Positions 25,911 through 39,162 of a DNA stretch of 64,000 nt are shown here, piece by piece (within the stretch, counting starts at the first letter, position 1; each line of letters opens with the position of its first letter). Below the pieces are notes generated by a model. It saw only the letters and a program-made list of their open reading frames with translations, was not told where the DNA came from and ran no database searches. The DNA is from Octopus vulgaris (taxonomy: Eukaryota), in contig OX597817.1 of NCBI GenBank assembly GCA_951406725.2, forward strand, positions 54,002,001-54,066,000, written 5' to 3'. A program made the position numbers and the translations under genes.

Positions 25911-28487
25911 GTACCAGGGCTTTGTTTTTTTTCAAATTTTACACCAAATTTGAATGATTGTTTTATTTTTTCTCAAACACTTTTCCTAAAACTGAAGCTA
26001 TTATTTAAATCGAATATTGGTACTGAACAGTTAATCTAATAACTCGTTGTACATTTAATTGAACTTGTCTCAGCTGATTGAGTGAGAGAGACGGCATTGT
26101 GTGTCACCACTCGCCCACAGCTGACAATCTCACCAATTATAGACTGGACGATTGAAAATATGCAGAAATACACGATGCTTTATTTTAAAATAGGGTGTTT
26201 TTTTTTCTTAAAAAAAAAAAAAACCCAAGATAATTAAATCTAGTTTGTGAGCTGCGTTTCCGAAGTTTAACTCTATTTTTATAAACTAGTTTATGAAATT
26301 CGATTTGTCAATAAAACCCCCCCAAAAAAAAAAAACAAAACCAGACTTTTACCGTTAGACTTTCTGTGGTGTTGGTCACATGTTATTGTCAAATTTGGCA
26401 TTATTCATGGAAGATGTGGGGTTGATTGACGAGGAATCCCACAAGCAATGTGGTTATTGTATGTCATCTCTGTTCTAAGATACAACAATAAGTTTCATTA
26501 ATAGAAATGGTTTTCATTAGTTTTTTAATTACAAAAATCTTCGATTACACGATAAATTGTAAACTTTCATACCTCCTCGATAACATTTTCAGACGTTATA
26601 GATCGATAATTAATTCATCCAATATATTTGGCCCTTTGGGCGGCGAGCTGGCAGAATCGTTAGGACATCGGGCGAAATGCTTTGCAGTATTTTCTCTGCG
26701 ATTACGCTCCGAGGTCAACTTTGCTTTTCATCCTTTCAGGGTCGATTAAATAAGTACCAGTTACGCACTGGGGTCGATATAATCGACTTAATCCGTTTGT
26801 CTATCCTTGTTTGTCCTCTCTGTGTCTAGCCCCTTGTGGGTAGTAAAGAAATAGGTATTTTGCCTGCCGTTACGTTTTGAGTTCAAATTCCACCGAGGTC
26901 GACTTTGCCTTTCATCCTTTCGGAGTCGATTTAATAAGTACCAGTTACGCACTGGAGTCGACACCAGGACTTGTTCTTTGTAAGTCTACTACTTATGCTA
27001 TCAGTTTCTTTTGCCGAACCGCTAGAGTACGGGGATATAAATACGCCAACATCGGTTGTGAAGCGATGGTAGGGGGACAAGCACACACACAAATATATAT
27101 GTATACTTACATACACAACGGGCTTCTTTGAGTTTTCGTCTGCCAAATCCACTCAAGGCTTTGCTCGGCCGAAGGCTATAGAAAACTCTTGCCCAAGATG
27201 CCACGCAGTGTGATTGAACCCGGAGCCATGTGGTTAGGAAGCAAGCATATTCCTTTACTGCCCATAAGGGGCTACACACAGAGGGGACTAACAAGGACAG
27301 ACAGACATACGGATTAAGTCGATTATATCGACCCCAGTGCGTAACTGGTACTTATTTAATCGACCCCGAAAGGATGAAAGGCAAAGTCGACCTCGGCGGA
27401 ATTTGAACTCAGAACGTAGCGGCAGACAAAATACCTATTTCTTTTCTACCCACGAGGGGCTAAACACAGAGAGGACAAACAAGGACAGACAGATGGATTA
27501 AGTCGATTATATCGACCCCAGTGCGTAACTGGTACTTTATCAACCCCGGCGGAGTTTGAACTCAGAATGTAACGGCAGACGAAATACAGCTACGAATTTC
27601 GCCCGGCAGGCTAACATTTCTACCAGCTCGCCACGCAGCGCCTATTAATAATTTTTTTTACATCTATCGCCCTATTTTGCTCACTCCTTTATCATCCCAC
27701 TTCAACGCTCTCCATATGGATCTTTCCACCGCCCCCAAGATAGGCAGTACTGCCCACTTTGGGAACCACTGTTTTAAATGATCAAAATTCTGGCGTCAGT
27801 TTCTCACATCATTGAGGCTGAGTTTGTTTGCCCAAACCGGTTTCTGCCAGTTCCTTACATTTGCTTGTTTCATTTATCTTTTGCTTGCGGCCATGCTACA
27901 GCACTGCTTTAAAATTTTAGTCGAATGAATCGACCTTAGTACCTATTTTTCTTCGTCTGGTACTTATTCTGTCGGTCTCTTTTGCCGAACTGCTAAGTTA
28001 CGGAGACGTAAACAAACCAGCACCAGTTGTCAAGCTGTGGGAGTGTCGGTCACACACTGACGGACTTTTGGTTTCCAACTACCAAATCCACTCACAAGGC
28101 TATAATAGAAGACAGTAGCCCATGGTGCCACGCAGTGGGACTGAACCCGGAGCCATGTGGTTGGAAAGTAAAATTATTACCACACAGCCACTATAGATGT
28201 GGTGCATCTTAACCCTTGCTTAAGCAAAAATATTCACTCACAACCAAGCGCCAAACAATTAGATAATTTAAATGGTGCACCACGGCCTGGAATACTTAAG
28301 GGAATTAACAAATAAAGATTGCATCTGTACATATGCACGCATGCGTACACTAGATGGGACTTTCTAGCTACGTGTAGGGCACAATCCATGGCTGCACTAA
28401 TATTTGAGGCTAGAAACAGTGTTGTTAACTATTAGAATCTCTATTAGCACAGTCCCGTTCACCGAATACTGGGTTTTAGAATGCGTC

Positions 28488-28862
28488 TTTATTACCTCGC
28501 CCTTAGCGAAGGTGGAGGTATTGTTTTCAGTTGATTGTTTGTCTCTGTACAAGATACCTCAAGAACCGCTCGATGGATTCGGATGAAACTTCCAGGGATG
28601 TTTGGCCACGAAACTGGCACGAACTGATTAGGTTTCGGGATCGATCTGGTACTGGACAAAAATTCTGGATTATTTTTCCTTTTTTTTTTTTAATTTTTAA
28701 AAACTTTTTGAGAGCAGTCAGGTTTATTCTTAGTATTCTCGTTTGTGAGAGCAGTCGAGTTTATTCCAGATATTCTCATTTGAAAAATCATCTCCGGCTA
28801 ATCGTTGAGGGGACATTGGTGTTACCTTGGCGGAGGTTTGCGCTCTCTGAGTGCTCTTGTTT
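28488..28862 (+). mobile_element. Helentron/HINE-like non-autonomous element
   Basis: 5' TTATTACCTCGCC..GGAGGT subterminal IR; 3' CTTGGCGGAGGT plus hairpin GCGCTCtctGAGTGC; T-rich ends. Confidence 0.55.
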
Positions 28863-29245
28863 GTATTGCAATTTCTGCTAACCGAGCTATGAAGGAACCT
28901 TAAGGAAGTCGCTTGCTCTGTTGAAAATAACAGCCAAAAACATACTCATCTTAAAATGTAATGATATTGGCTAAAATCATCTAAGATACAATTTAGAAGC
29001 AGAAGGCAAGATGGTCATATTTGGATCATAGGTGCCAAAAACGACTTAATTCCATTCTGGCCTTTTATTAAATTACGTAAAGGCCTTGTAAGGTAAAAGT
29101 TAGTTTCATACAGAAATATAAGACGTAGGTCGTTTAAGAGAATCGGCGTGTCTCGCTCACAAATTTTCTAATGAAACAAAACGAATGCCAAATGTGTTAA
29201 ATTTATCTTTGTCATTCTCTCTTTTTCTGTTTTTTGTCAACGAAG

Positions 29246-29346
29246 TCAAACTGTACCAATCCTGGCCAACATCACAAATGTTGTGAAGAATGCTTAAGTC
29301 TCGGAGCCGACCGTTACAACCAGTTATATACATCATTTTCTTGGTC
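29246..29346 (+). CDS. MFSD1-like exon 3 (SNCTNPGQHHKCCEECLSLGADRYNQLYTSFSW)
   Basis: Pyrimidine tract plus AAG acceptor; GTAAGT donor; phase 0 to 2. YNQLYTSFSW resembles the MFSD1 YxxLYxxYSW motif. Confidence 0.85.
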
Positions 29347-30224
29347 GTAAGTTGCTTTTTAAAAATTATTTTACTAGTTTGTCATTGAATTGGGTTTATA
29401 GTGCGGCAGGTCCTTCAAGGATGTTTACTCAATCCTATCGACTCGAGTACATTAGTCCTAGTCATATTGCGGTTCATCTATCGCGGTTTATTATTTAAGC
29501 TTACGTCGATTCATCCGTGGTGGTGTTTTGCATTTATAATAAAATAAATATACAAACATATATATAACCGTGACCGACCAGGCTATCACATGTTGCTACA
29601 CATCGCCGGTCACAATGCGCTTCGCATTGTTTTAGCCTTCAAATGAAGCCACCCCGCTGGCTAAGCGAGCAGGCCAACAGAAGAAAGAGAGGAAGTTGTG
29701 GCGAAAGAGTACAGCAGAGATCGCCACCACTCCGTGCCGAAACATCGTGGAGCTTTAGGTGTTTTCGCTCAATAAATACTCACAATGCCCGGTCTGTGAA
29801 TCGAAACCGCGATCCTACGACTGCGAGTCCGCTGCCCTAACCACTGGGCCATTGCGCCTCCACACACACATACACATAGTACAATACTGTTTCTACTTCA
29901 CAGATTTTCACCTATCGCGGCGCAGTTTGGAACGTATCACCTGCGATAGTCGAGGGATTTAGTTCGATATTAAATTTATTAGTTTCACGTCCCCATCTTA
30001 TTCCCCTCCGATTCCCAAATCTCTCGTCTCTTACCTAATAGTCCATCTCTGCTGGCCAGGCTTCATTCTTTTATTCAGCCTTTCTCTCTGAAAGGTGCTG
30101 CCTGTACAAATGGGGCTTCCATTCTCCTCACCAATCACCTTTCCCTTGGACCGTTATTAAGCAGTCTTAATTAAACATGAATCTATTCTTGACAAGAGGA
30201 TTTTTTTTTCTTTATCTCCCTTAG

Positions 30225-30280
30225 AAATGCTTGTATTGTGATCTTCTCTGGATTTCTCACGGACAGATTCGGTCACAGCA
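30225..30280 (+). CDS. MFSD1-like exon 4 (SNACIVIFSGFLTDRFGHS)
   Basis: ttatctcccttAG acceptor; GTAAGT donor; contains MFS motif A (GFLTDRFG); phase 2 to 1. Confidence 0.9.
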
Positions 30281-31719
30281 GTAAGTGAACAACATTGTTT
30301 TTCTTCTTTCGTTTGTCATTTTTCCTTTGTATTTCTTCCAAGTTAGAACTGTTACAGCGAGTCCGGCGAGTGTAAGATGGATGTAATTTACAGAATACAT
30401 CTCTTAATAACTAAAAGGCAACCTAATAAACAACGAAATGGTCGAGTAATGTAGGTGTTTCAACATTATTGCAGAGGTTATAAGAACATGACAGAACTGT
30501 ATTTTTGTATCGTAGGCAGAGAAATATCGAACGAGGAAAACTGCGGAAACAAGGTGGAACTTCCAAGACGTTTGGTCCTGACGTTTATGAATTCGTTTTG
30601 CAAGATTCTTGATGTGAACCAAAATCTTGAAACAAATATTGCTATATTTGGAGTTGGTCATCTTTTGCCAATAAACACGCGCACGGTTTATTTGATCTTC
30701 ACTTTATTATTAATTTTTCAATTCTTTCGTCACACGTTCTGAACACTGACAAATAAATTAGTAATAATAGTAATAGCAATCTTTTCTACTAAAGGCAAAA
30801 GGCTTGAAATTTTGGGTGGAGGAGACAAGTCTTACATCGACCCCAGTGCGTAAGTGGTACTTAATTTATCGACCCCGAAAGGATGAAAGGCAAAGTCGAC
30901 CTCAGCAGAATTTGAACTCAGATCGTAGCGACAGATGAAATACCTATTTCTTTACTACCCACAAGGGGCTAAACATGGAGGGGACAAATAAGGAAAGACA
31001 AACGGATTAAGTCGATTATAGCAACCCCAGTGCGTCACTGGTACTTAATTTAGCGACCCCGAAAGGATGAAAGGCAAAGTTGACCTCGGAATTTGAATTC
31101 AGAACGTAGCGGCAGACGAAATACCGCTAAGCATTTCGCCCGGCTAACGATTTTGCCAGCTCGCCGCCTTTAAATAATAATAATAATAATTGATGATGAT
31201 AGTGAAGATCAAATAAACAGAGCGTGTGCTTCTGGGTAAGAGATGACCGTCCCCAAATAAAATACTTCCCTGAATTTCTGGAAATATCTTGACTAAGCAA
31301 TCTAACTTATCTAATTCACATTTAGCTTAATAATTTCGTATCGAACGTGTTCTCGCCATTATCATCATAGAAAAATTGGTGTAAGGCTAGAGCCGAAAAT
31401 ATCTCACTCTGTATTAATCAGCGTCTGGAAATTTTATACATTTTGTTCCAAAAGTTTAAATCTAGAGGGATTCGTGTATCGTGGAGAGGTTCTTCTAACG
31501 CGAGAAGAGTCCCGTCCAAAACTTTATGGGTCGGGTATGGCCGATTAGATCGAACCCAATATTTGTTTGATGCTTATCTTGTTGACTTCAAATGATTGCA
31601 ACATAGATTCCTTTAATGCCCGGCAGAGAAATGTGATGCGTTGTAGAATTGTATATGTTTGAAAACCTTTAGGTCTCTCATCTAGATCCTTTAATATCCT
31701 AACATCTGTTTCTTTGCAG

Positions 31720-31869
31720 TGTGTTCCCTGCTGTTCTCCTCTTCAATTGTTGCTGGAGCTGGCCTCTTCACCCTTTCAGTCATTTCCAATTTACGGCGGG
31801 CGGTCGCTATGTATCCGTTGATGTTAGTTGGCCGAATGTTATTAGGTATCGGCAGTGGATCTCTTCGAA
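31720..31869 (+). CDS. MFSD1-like exon 5 (MCSLLFSSSIVAGAGLFTLSVISNLRRAVAMYPLMLVGRMLLGIGSGSLR)
   Basis: tttctttgcAG acceptor; GTAAGT donor; MLVGRxLxGIG MFS TM4 motif; phase 1 to 1. Confidence 0.92.
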
Positions 31870-32054
31870 GTAAGTAAAATCGATCTTTTTTGCATTCGAT
31901 AATATCTGAAAGTTCGGTTCTTGATTATGCTATAAATTTGCTTGCAGAGTCTGTTGTCTTGTAGAAGCGGGAATATTTTCTTTACCAAAATTTCTGGTAA
32001 TTTCTCTGGAAAGTCGAAGTTTCGGAGAAAAGATGTCATAATGACGTTTTGGAA

Positions 32055-32517
32055 TCTCTCTATATATAAATGGCAAAATGTCTGTGTGTGTGTGTATCCT
32101 TTATACAAATCCACAATTTTTCAGTTAGAGGGCTCGCACTTTCTATGGTCATTCAAAACCGTCCAAGGGTGGTCGTGCACATCTTTACACCTCCTCAGTC
32201 ACCCCGCAAAGCCATTTAAAAAATCGATATACCGACCCCTTATGTTTCAGGTAACAAAAGTCTTTAATACAAGGGACGTAACTCACTCCAGCAGTTTAAT
32301 CTAAATATATTAAACCATAACAAGGGAAATAACTCTTTAAAACTCTGCGTTTCCCTCCCTTTGTTATGTATCATACCAAACGTGCAAGCTTTTTTGATTT
32401 GAGAAATGCAGGGAATAATTAACGAGTTAGATCAAGTAAATGACAAGAGAGTGGGATTTTCATGAAAGACCAGATATGACTAGCACTAGACCCGACAACG
32501 CCGGGTCATAGTGCTAG
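32055..32517 (+). mobile_element. Non-autonomous Helitron
   Basis: A|TCTCTCTATATATAAA...GACCCGACAACGCCGGGTCATAGTGCTAG|T. Confidence 0.75.
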
Positions 32518-32920
32518 TTACGATTAAATCGTCTTCGCTATTTGATTAGCATTGGTTCATATTCGTACCAGTCCCAGAAGGAAAAGTAACCCTCAGCAGG
32601 TTTTGAACGTAGACAACCTGAACAATTGCCACAAGGAAGTTTGCCTGATGCCGTTGCGGTTCTGCCAGCGATTGCTCCCCCATCACATAACTTTAATGTT
32701 TGGAATTTACAGGTTGGGGTACAGTAGCAATGTCGATGGATTTCGTTTAAGTTTTGCAATAATACAGGGTACCACATCCCTTTTTATTGTTCGTATGTAG
32801 CTTTAAAAGTTACTTTTCGAAAATCCTCCCGATTTTGCTCGCGAGTAGGCACACACGTGCGTTTGGGATCGGGAGGTGGGGCAGCTATTCAACTGACACT
32901 GAATTCACGTCTGTACAGTT

Positions 32921-32953
<33 letters not shown>

Positions 32954-33240
32954 TTCTCTCTCTTTAATGAGACACTAAATTACGCTAAGTACTTCATTAT
33001 CGACAAACTCCGTTAATTTTACGTCAGGTCTTTTCCAACCTTGCCTTTTGAGGCTTTTGAAATAAGACTTTCTAACACTATCAAGATAAATTCAACTTAC
33101 GATGAAAGTAAAAGTTTACTTTAGAAGCGTTGAGATGTATTGAAAGATACAGAAATAATTTATTCTCAAACGCAGGATAATGCTAATACAATAGCACAAA
33201 CAGGATAAATTATCCATACATTGCAGAAAAATTCGTTACC

Positions 33241-33313
33241 GGCCAGCTATGAGACTCGTACTCAAATCCCTGTGATTACGCGTTAAGTGCTTTACCTTCA
33301 AGCTAAACTGCCC
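33241..33313 (-). pseudogene. Degenerate tRNA-like sequence (anticodon position CGT, Thr-like)
   Basis: Reverse complement GGGCAGTTTAGCTTGAAGGTAAAGC...GAGTACGAGTCTCATAGCTGGCC has A/B-box remnants; the anticodon stem is broken. Confidence 0.5.
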
Positions 33314-33493
33314 AGTGACGAATTGTTCTGCAATTCATGCTATAGTATTAGAATTATCATTCATTTGAGAATACATTATGAAGATAATTGTAAATGAAAG
33401 ATGTCAAATAGCATGACAAAATTCTTGTATATATGTACTAGATATTTTATTTTAAAATCACGTGGTTTTTAATTTCTTGCTTTGAAATTTCAG

Positions 33494-33652
33494 TCGTTCA
33501 AGACAGAATTGTAGCATTTTGGTTTCAGAAGAATGAACTAGCAACGGCCTATGGCATCATTATGGCAATCGCTCGACTTGGTAGTGTGATGAATTTTTTA
33601 ATGACTAAAAACTTGGAATATCACTTTGGTTTAACCAAAACACTTTTTTTTG
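33494..33652 (+). CDS. MFSD1-like exon 6 (IVQDRIVAFWFQKNELATAYGIIMAIARLGSVMNFLMTKNLEYHFGLTKTLFF)
   Basis: tttcAG acceptor; GTAAGT donor; WFxxxELxxxxG...ARLGSVxN signature of the MFSD1 family; phase 1 to 1. Confidence 0.93.
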
Positions 33653-34600
33653 GTAAGTTGATTTGGTATTTCCTCATAAATTTCCGGTGGAATCTCTTTT
33701 CATTCTTCATTAATCTTCATAGTGATTCAGACATAAGTTACTTCAACGTTTAACTATTACAGCAAGTTTCTTTCCTCGCTTCATGAATTGTCCTTCTGTT
33801 GCCTGCTATCGCCAAATATCTCTGACCTTCTTTCGTTGTTTGCTTACACCTTGTCTTCCATTATTTTTCTTACTCTGTATTTAAGTAAATTATATAAATT
33901 AGAAACTATATAACTACAGCCGTATCTCATCAATCGAGAATGAAAACGTTTTGGTGTTTAGACGTCAGGGTTCACGTGATCAACACAAACGTTTTCTAGG
34001 TCTTATATTTGAGAAACAGATGTAGATAAACCTGATATAGTTTGCTTCGCAATCACAGATTCGGTCTTACTGCACCTCTTCAGCTCATGTTTTAATGAAA
34101 TTTGACTGAAACCGAGCTGAAACTCGTCACGTGATCATGTATGCGAACCTGTCTCTCGAACTAGAATACCTGTATTCTGCCCAAATTCGACAAACGTATC
34201 ACTCCTGAAATGTAACAAATCAGTGACGGATCCATTGGAAACCTGAAACTAACTCTGCTAGTTTCAAAATACAGAAAATAATAAAACTTAACTCTTCTGC
34301 CCAATGTTAAGCTAATTAAGCTAATTTTTAAATTTCCTTCGTCCTGCAGATTTGCCAAACTGATGCCAACTTTAGCAATTTGCTGTCACCGACCAAATTA
34401 CTCATTATGTCTGTACTTCCAGGTTCGAGTTATTAAATAATTACTCGAATAAGAAACCGAAATTAAATCTCTGCTCGAAATTAAATCTGTTTTACTATTC
34501 TAGAATAGATCTGGTTTCTGTGTCGTGAAAATTATGGTAAGGTTGGTTGTATGATGTTCATCCATTTCCATATTCTAAAACAACTTTTGCCTTACTTCAG

Positions 34601-34713
34601 GTTTTTCTCTGTGTCTGTTCAGTCTTGGTTTGGCATGTCTATTGGCCATGATAGAATATTCAGTTAAAGACGACGACGAAGACACAACTCAGAACAAACA
34701 ACATAAAGTAGCC
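34601..34713 (+). CDS. MFSD1-like exon 7 (GFSLCLFSLGLACLLAMIEYSVKDDDEDTTQNKQHKVA)
   Basis: cttacttcAG acceptor; GTAAGT donor; TM6 plus charged central loop; phase 1 to 0. Confidence 0.88.
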
Positions 34714-35942
34714 GTAAGTATCTAATCTATATGGTCAGCGGAATATTTGACCAGTTTCCATTTTGTTCCTCAAGGTAAAACTATTTGATGTCGTCTCTAC
34801 ATCCGCACTTGTGTGGCTTTCAAGTGGCTTCGTACGTATTTTTGTTTTTGGATAGTAAAGCTCACAGGTTTTATGGAATCGCTCGAAACGCACTTGATTG
34901 ATAAGACACCACTGAACTCTACCCGTATGTAGATGGAAGAAATATCCCGACTATTTTGTATGGGGCTCGTGGGGTCGGAGCGTAACCCATCTCTCTGCTT
35001 CATTTCATGTTTGTATTTTGTCCTTGTATCTCATTCGATTTCATTATATTTTGTAAAATTTTAAGTCATATAATCATTGTGTGTCTGACCCCAATCAGGC
35101 TGTATTGTCCTCCTCTATGTTTGGGCCCTTGTGGCTAATAAAGAAACAGGAAGGAATATCCCTACTATTTTGTCTTGGCATCAAACCTACACGAGGGCAG
35201 CTAGCTTTGCTGCATGGTACCTAGTTTTCAAATCTTGTAGCGCTCCATCGGCGACACTCGAAGTTCCCTTATGCAGTATATGTAATACAATTTTCTGTGT
35301 ACAAACATTCGCCACTCTTAGTTTAAGATAAGCTTTAATTGAAAAACAAGACATCATTCCAGCAACGACTTTGATTGATTGTAAGAGTTTAGAATAAAGA
35401 TTGATCTGGAGCTCTCCAACTATTTTAGTTCAGCTGCATTAAATGGAGTTAGTAAGGTTACTGTATTGATACTGAGGGAAATATCCTTGCGCGCGCGCGC
35501 ACAGACACACACGCACACGCACCGGCAACAACATTTAATACATTTTAAATTATTCTCTACATAGTTTGTGGCATCTTCGAGTTGAGATTTTGTCTGACCT
35601 CGTGTGTTATATGTATTGATTGTTTACCTTGATGTGGAGGAGTCCCCCTCTTATTTTCCAAAGACAAACTAGTACCAACTGTAAAGCAGAATAATTAGTT
35701 TACTTAATACTATATCTAGATAACGGAGGGAAGCCTCTATGCGGTATCTTGAATTTCTAGAACCTAATGTTTTAGCAGAATACATGGGACAGTGTTGTTC
35801 ATCATATATAGAACATGGGACGGCCGTGTATGGAACGCCTTTGGTTATAGGTATGCTCATTCACTATTAACCTAGGGTTAAAAGAACTACCCATCCATAT
35901 TGAAAACTATAATTGGCTGCCATTTTTTTTTCTTTCTACCAG

Positions 35943-36043
35943 TCCCTGCGTGATTTGAAACAGCTTTCTTGTCTTTATTGGTTGATAAACATCTCAAGAT
36001 TGTTTTTCTTCAATGCTGTGGTACAGTTCGTGGTGGATTCGAC
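35943..36043 (+). CDS. MFSD1-like exon 8 (SLRDLKQLSCLYWLINISRLFFFNAVVQFVVDS)
   Basis: Long T-tract acceptor; GTAAGT donor; LRDLKxLxxxYWL resembles the start of MFSD1 TM7; phase 0 to 2. Confidence 0.9.
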
Positions 36044-36552
36044 GTAAGTAGTTTTGGTTTCCTCATCACACAATAAGGAAATATTTAAAATGTTTTGAAA
36101 GAATCTGTGAATCTATCCAAAAGTGAATTGGTATAAGAAGCGAGCCATCAGGTTTTACAATGCTAAGATATAGAAGGATGTTGGATCGCGAGCTTAGTGG
36201 AAAACCATGCGATATGACCGCAGTCTGACACAATCTGAAAACTTAATTCTATTAGATAGGGAGCATTGTTTTTGCACTACGTATAGTTTACTCTTTTTTT
36301 TTTTTCGCTTTATTACGCTTTTTCGAACGCGAAGAAAAGGCTTTGTTTACATATGGAATTCAAACGGATGTTGACATTTAAACCAGGAGCGAATCTTGTA
36401 ATATTAATCGTTCTAATTTAATATACAAATATACTTTATAGTTTCAAATTTTTTAATATTCATAATTTCCTTAAAGTAATGACTTTTTTAATAACGTGGA
36501 GGGGCAAAAAACCAAACTGGACACACTTCCACACTTCAATCATTATAATATA

Positions 36553-36950
36553 CTAGCAGTATCGCCCGGCGTTGCTCGGGTTTGTTTCGACCCTCTAGAA
36601 TTGGAATTTTTGAAAAGTAAAAGTTTTGTATCATGTAGCTTGTTATTCTCTTTAAGTGAACATTTTTCTGGTTTAAATACACCGAAAAATTGCGACACAG
36701 TAGTAAAAAAAAAATCGTAAAAAAATAAGGATTTTCATAGAAAAAAAAAGCACCTTTTTGATGTAAATAATTTTTGGTGTTAACATGGTCCGAGTTGAAT
36801 TTTTTCTTCTACGGAAGGAAGAGCAAGCCTTCTTCTATCATACTCTCAATTTTGGTCAACTTGCGCCGCAGGGTCTCGGAGGAGATAGTGTTAGTTGAAA
36901 GCTACCAAACCTGCCACACACAGACAACTTCAGCTTTATATATAGAGAGA
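36553..36950 (-). mobile_element. Non-autonomous Helitron (same family as 2143-2625)
   Basis: TC...hairpin...CTAG termini, inserted in AT; body nearly identical to the 2.1 kb copy. Confidence 0.8.
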
Positions 36951-37159
36951 TTACATTATTATTAATTTGTTCATCGTGTACGTATATATTTCATTACTAT
37001 CTTATTGAATTTTGGGAAAATTGAAGCATTCCTTTGACAATTACGGATTGTATTGAACTTATTTTACGCGTAACTTTTGGCCCGCCCTGTTCTGTTTACA
37101 AAACTTAGTCTTTATGAAAACTCGGAAGTGCTTAATGACAGAACAAAAGATTTCGAAAA

Positions 37160-37669
37160 TCTATATATATAAAACTGTAGTTGTGTGAGTGTCTGTCCCC
37201 TTCGATTTACATTCCTAACTACTCCCACATTTTGCGGTGCAGTTTAACCAAATTCGTGTATCTTATAGTCGTGATTCATATCGAGCCCGTCTGAGTATTA
37301 GCGCGCGTCTACGATGAGTCTACGATTTTAAAAATAATTTAACATTTTTTATTCCATTTTAATGCATAATTTTTCGTGTGTCGATGGCGGCGGAGTTGGC
37401 GTCCATGGTCACACCTGCACCTGTTTGCTTCTCCCCCTTCTTCCCTCCCTCGTGAAGCTGTGGGGAAGGGAGTGTAAGGAAATCAACGTCGTAAAGCATT
37501 GTCAAGGAGACCAGCGTTCTTTTAGAACAACGACTTCATGGCTTGAAGACACCAAAACAGAAATGGCTAAGAACGCCCGAATTGGCATCTATAAGGGAAG
37601 TAACTCTCTAAAAATGCTTATATAGTTATTTCCCTTACAAACCCGAGCAACGCCGGGCGATACTGCTAG
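37160..37669 (+). mobile_element. Non-autonomous Helitron, different body
   Basis: A|TCTATATATATAAA...ACCCGAGCAACGCCGGGCGATACTGCTAG|T. Confidence 0.8.
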
Positions 37670-38084
37670 TGATTTATAAAATTTTTTATTTTCAAATCTT
37701 TTATTAAACATGCATGGACAAAACCCAATGAAAGAGAACTGGGAAGACGTCGAAAGGAACGACTTTCATAAGATAAAGGAATGAACAGGAAAAGAGATTA
37801 GCTATTTGAGATTTAATGAGTTTCAAGTTGTCTTGATGTGCTCAAATTGCCTCCTTAGATTATATATTTTCACTGGTATCTTATCAATTCTATAATCAAC
37901 TCGCCTTTATCAATTGAATGGTAATTATCTTTAAACGCAAAATGGTTCTCCTTCTGGAGATATTTATGATCGAACAGTTCAAATATTTCTATCAATTTCC
38001 TTTTTATCTCTTGAAATTTTCCAACAAGCATTTTCAATTTACCGAAAGCAAGATGGCACAAATAATTCTCGTTTTTATTTGAAG

Positions 38085-38193
38085 GGAATTTTTCCAAGAC
38101 AAATATAAAATAAGTCCTGAACGTTCAGCTTATATAATCGGAGCAATCTATGATGTCGGTATGATCTGTTCGCCTTTCGTTGGTTTTCTTGCG
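38085..38193 (+). CDS. MFSD1-like exon 9 (TEFFQDKYKISPERSAYIIGAIYDVGMICSPFVGFLA)
   Basis: gtttttatttgaAG acceptor; GTAAGT donor; FFQDKY...SPFVG motif; phase 2 to 0. Confidence 0.9.
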
Positions 38194-38401
38194 GTAAGTA
38201 CAATTGGACAGTTTGGATTTTGTTTTGTTTTTCGGATTACTTCTGACCTATGAGCGAAGGGGCTCCAGCCGTGATCATACAGTGGGTCTAGGACTATATG
38301 ATATTATGTCTTTCGTTTTAAGACTATGGGGATATAATTGAAGTGATTTAGCAGTTATTTCTAGCTGTTCTAATGACTGTAGAATCATGTCAACTAATTT
38401 C

Positions 38402-39162
38402 CAGATCTGATCAAAAAGTATCCGGACAGGTGCCAGAAGAAAACTACAGCACACATCATTTCGGTATTTAATCCTTCAAAGTAGTTCCATTCCGAAGTTA
38501 CTTTATCCAGCGTCGTTTCCATTGATGGAAGCATTCCTGGAACTCCTTTTCTGGGGGTTAGTTAGCAACTGCCTCGTCCCGCTCTCTGGAATTTCCTTGA
38601 CGTCTTGAAATATATTTTTGGAAAATTCTTGGCTGTAATAACCTTCACTCACATACTCTTGGTCACTCACATACTCTTGGTCACTCACATACTCTTGGTC
38701 ACTCACATACTCTTGGTCACTTACTCACTCACTCACTCTTGGTCACTCACTCACTCACTCACTCTTGGTCACTCACTCACTCACTCACTCTTGGTCACTC
38801 ACTCACTCACTCACTCTTGGTCATTCACGGTCACTCACTCACTCACTCTTGGTCATTCACGGTCACTCACTCACTCACTCTTGGTCATTCACGGTCACTC
38901 ACTCACTCACTCTTGGTCACTCACTCACTTACTCACTCACTTACTCATGGTCACTCACCTTCGGTCGGTCATTCACGGTCACTCGCGGAAACTTCTTGGT
39001 GTGCAGAGACGACCGCACGCTTTACTTTCAAGCTCTGCCACAAACAACGGAAGTGAGAATGTTATAACGTGGTGTGCATGCGCGACAGAGTTCAACATAA
39101 ATCTGTGCCTCTTTAACTCCGTTACCAAAGCAATAGTTCTGATACTTTTTGACCAAACCTCG
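38402..39162 (-). mobile_element. Internally deleted mariner element with an internal minisatellite
   Basis: TIR-like GATCTGATCAAAAAGTATC / GATACTTTTTGACCAAACCTCG|TA; the - strand encodes PEKEFQECFHQWKRRWIK (mariner C-terminus). Confidence 0.7.

Noticed and set aside
34050-34090. Minus-strand CTGAAGA-GGT..ACC-GAAT motif
   Set aside because: GAAA is altered and there is no stem I or III; at best a dead relic.
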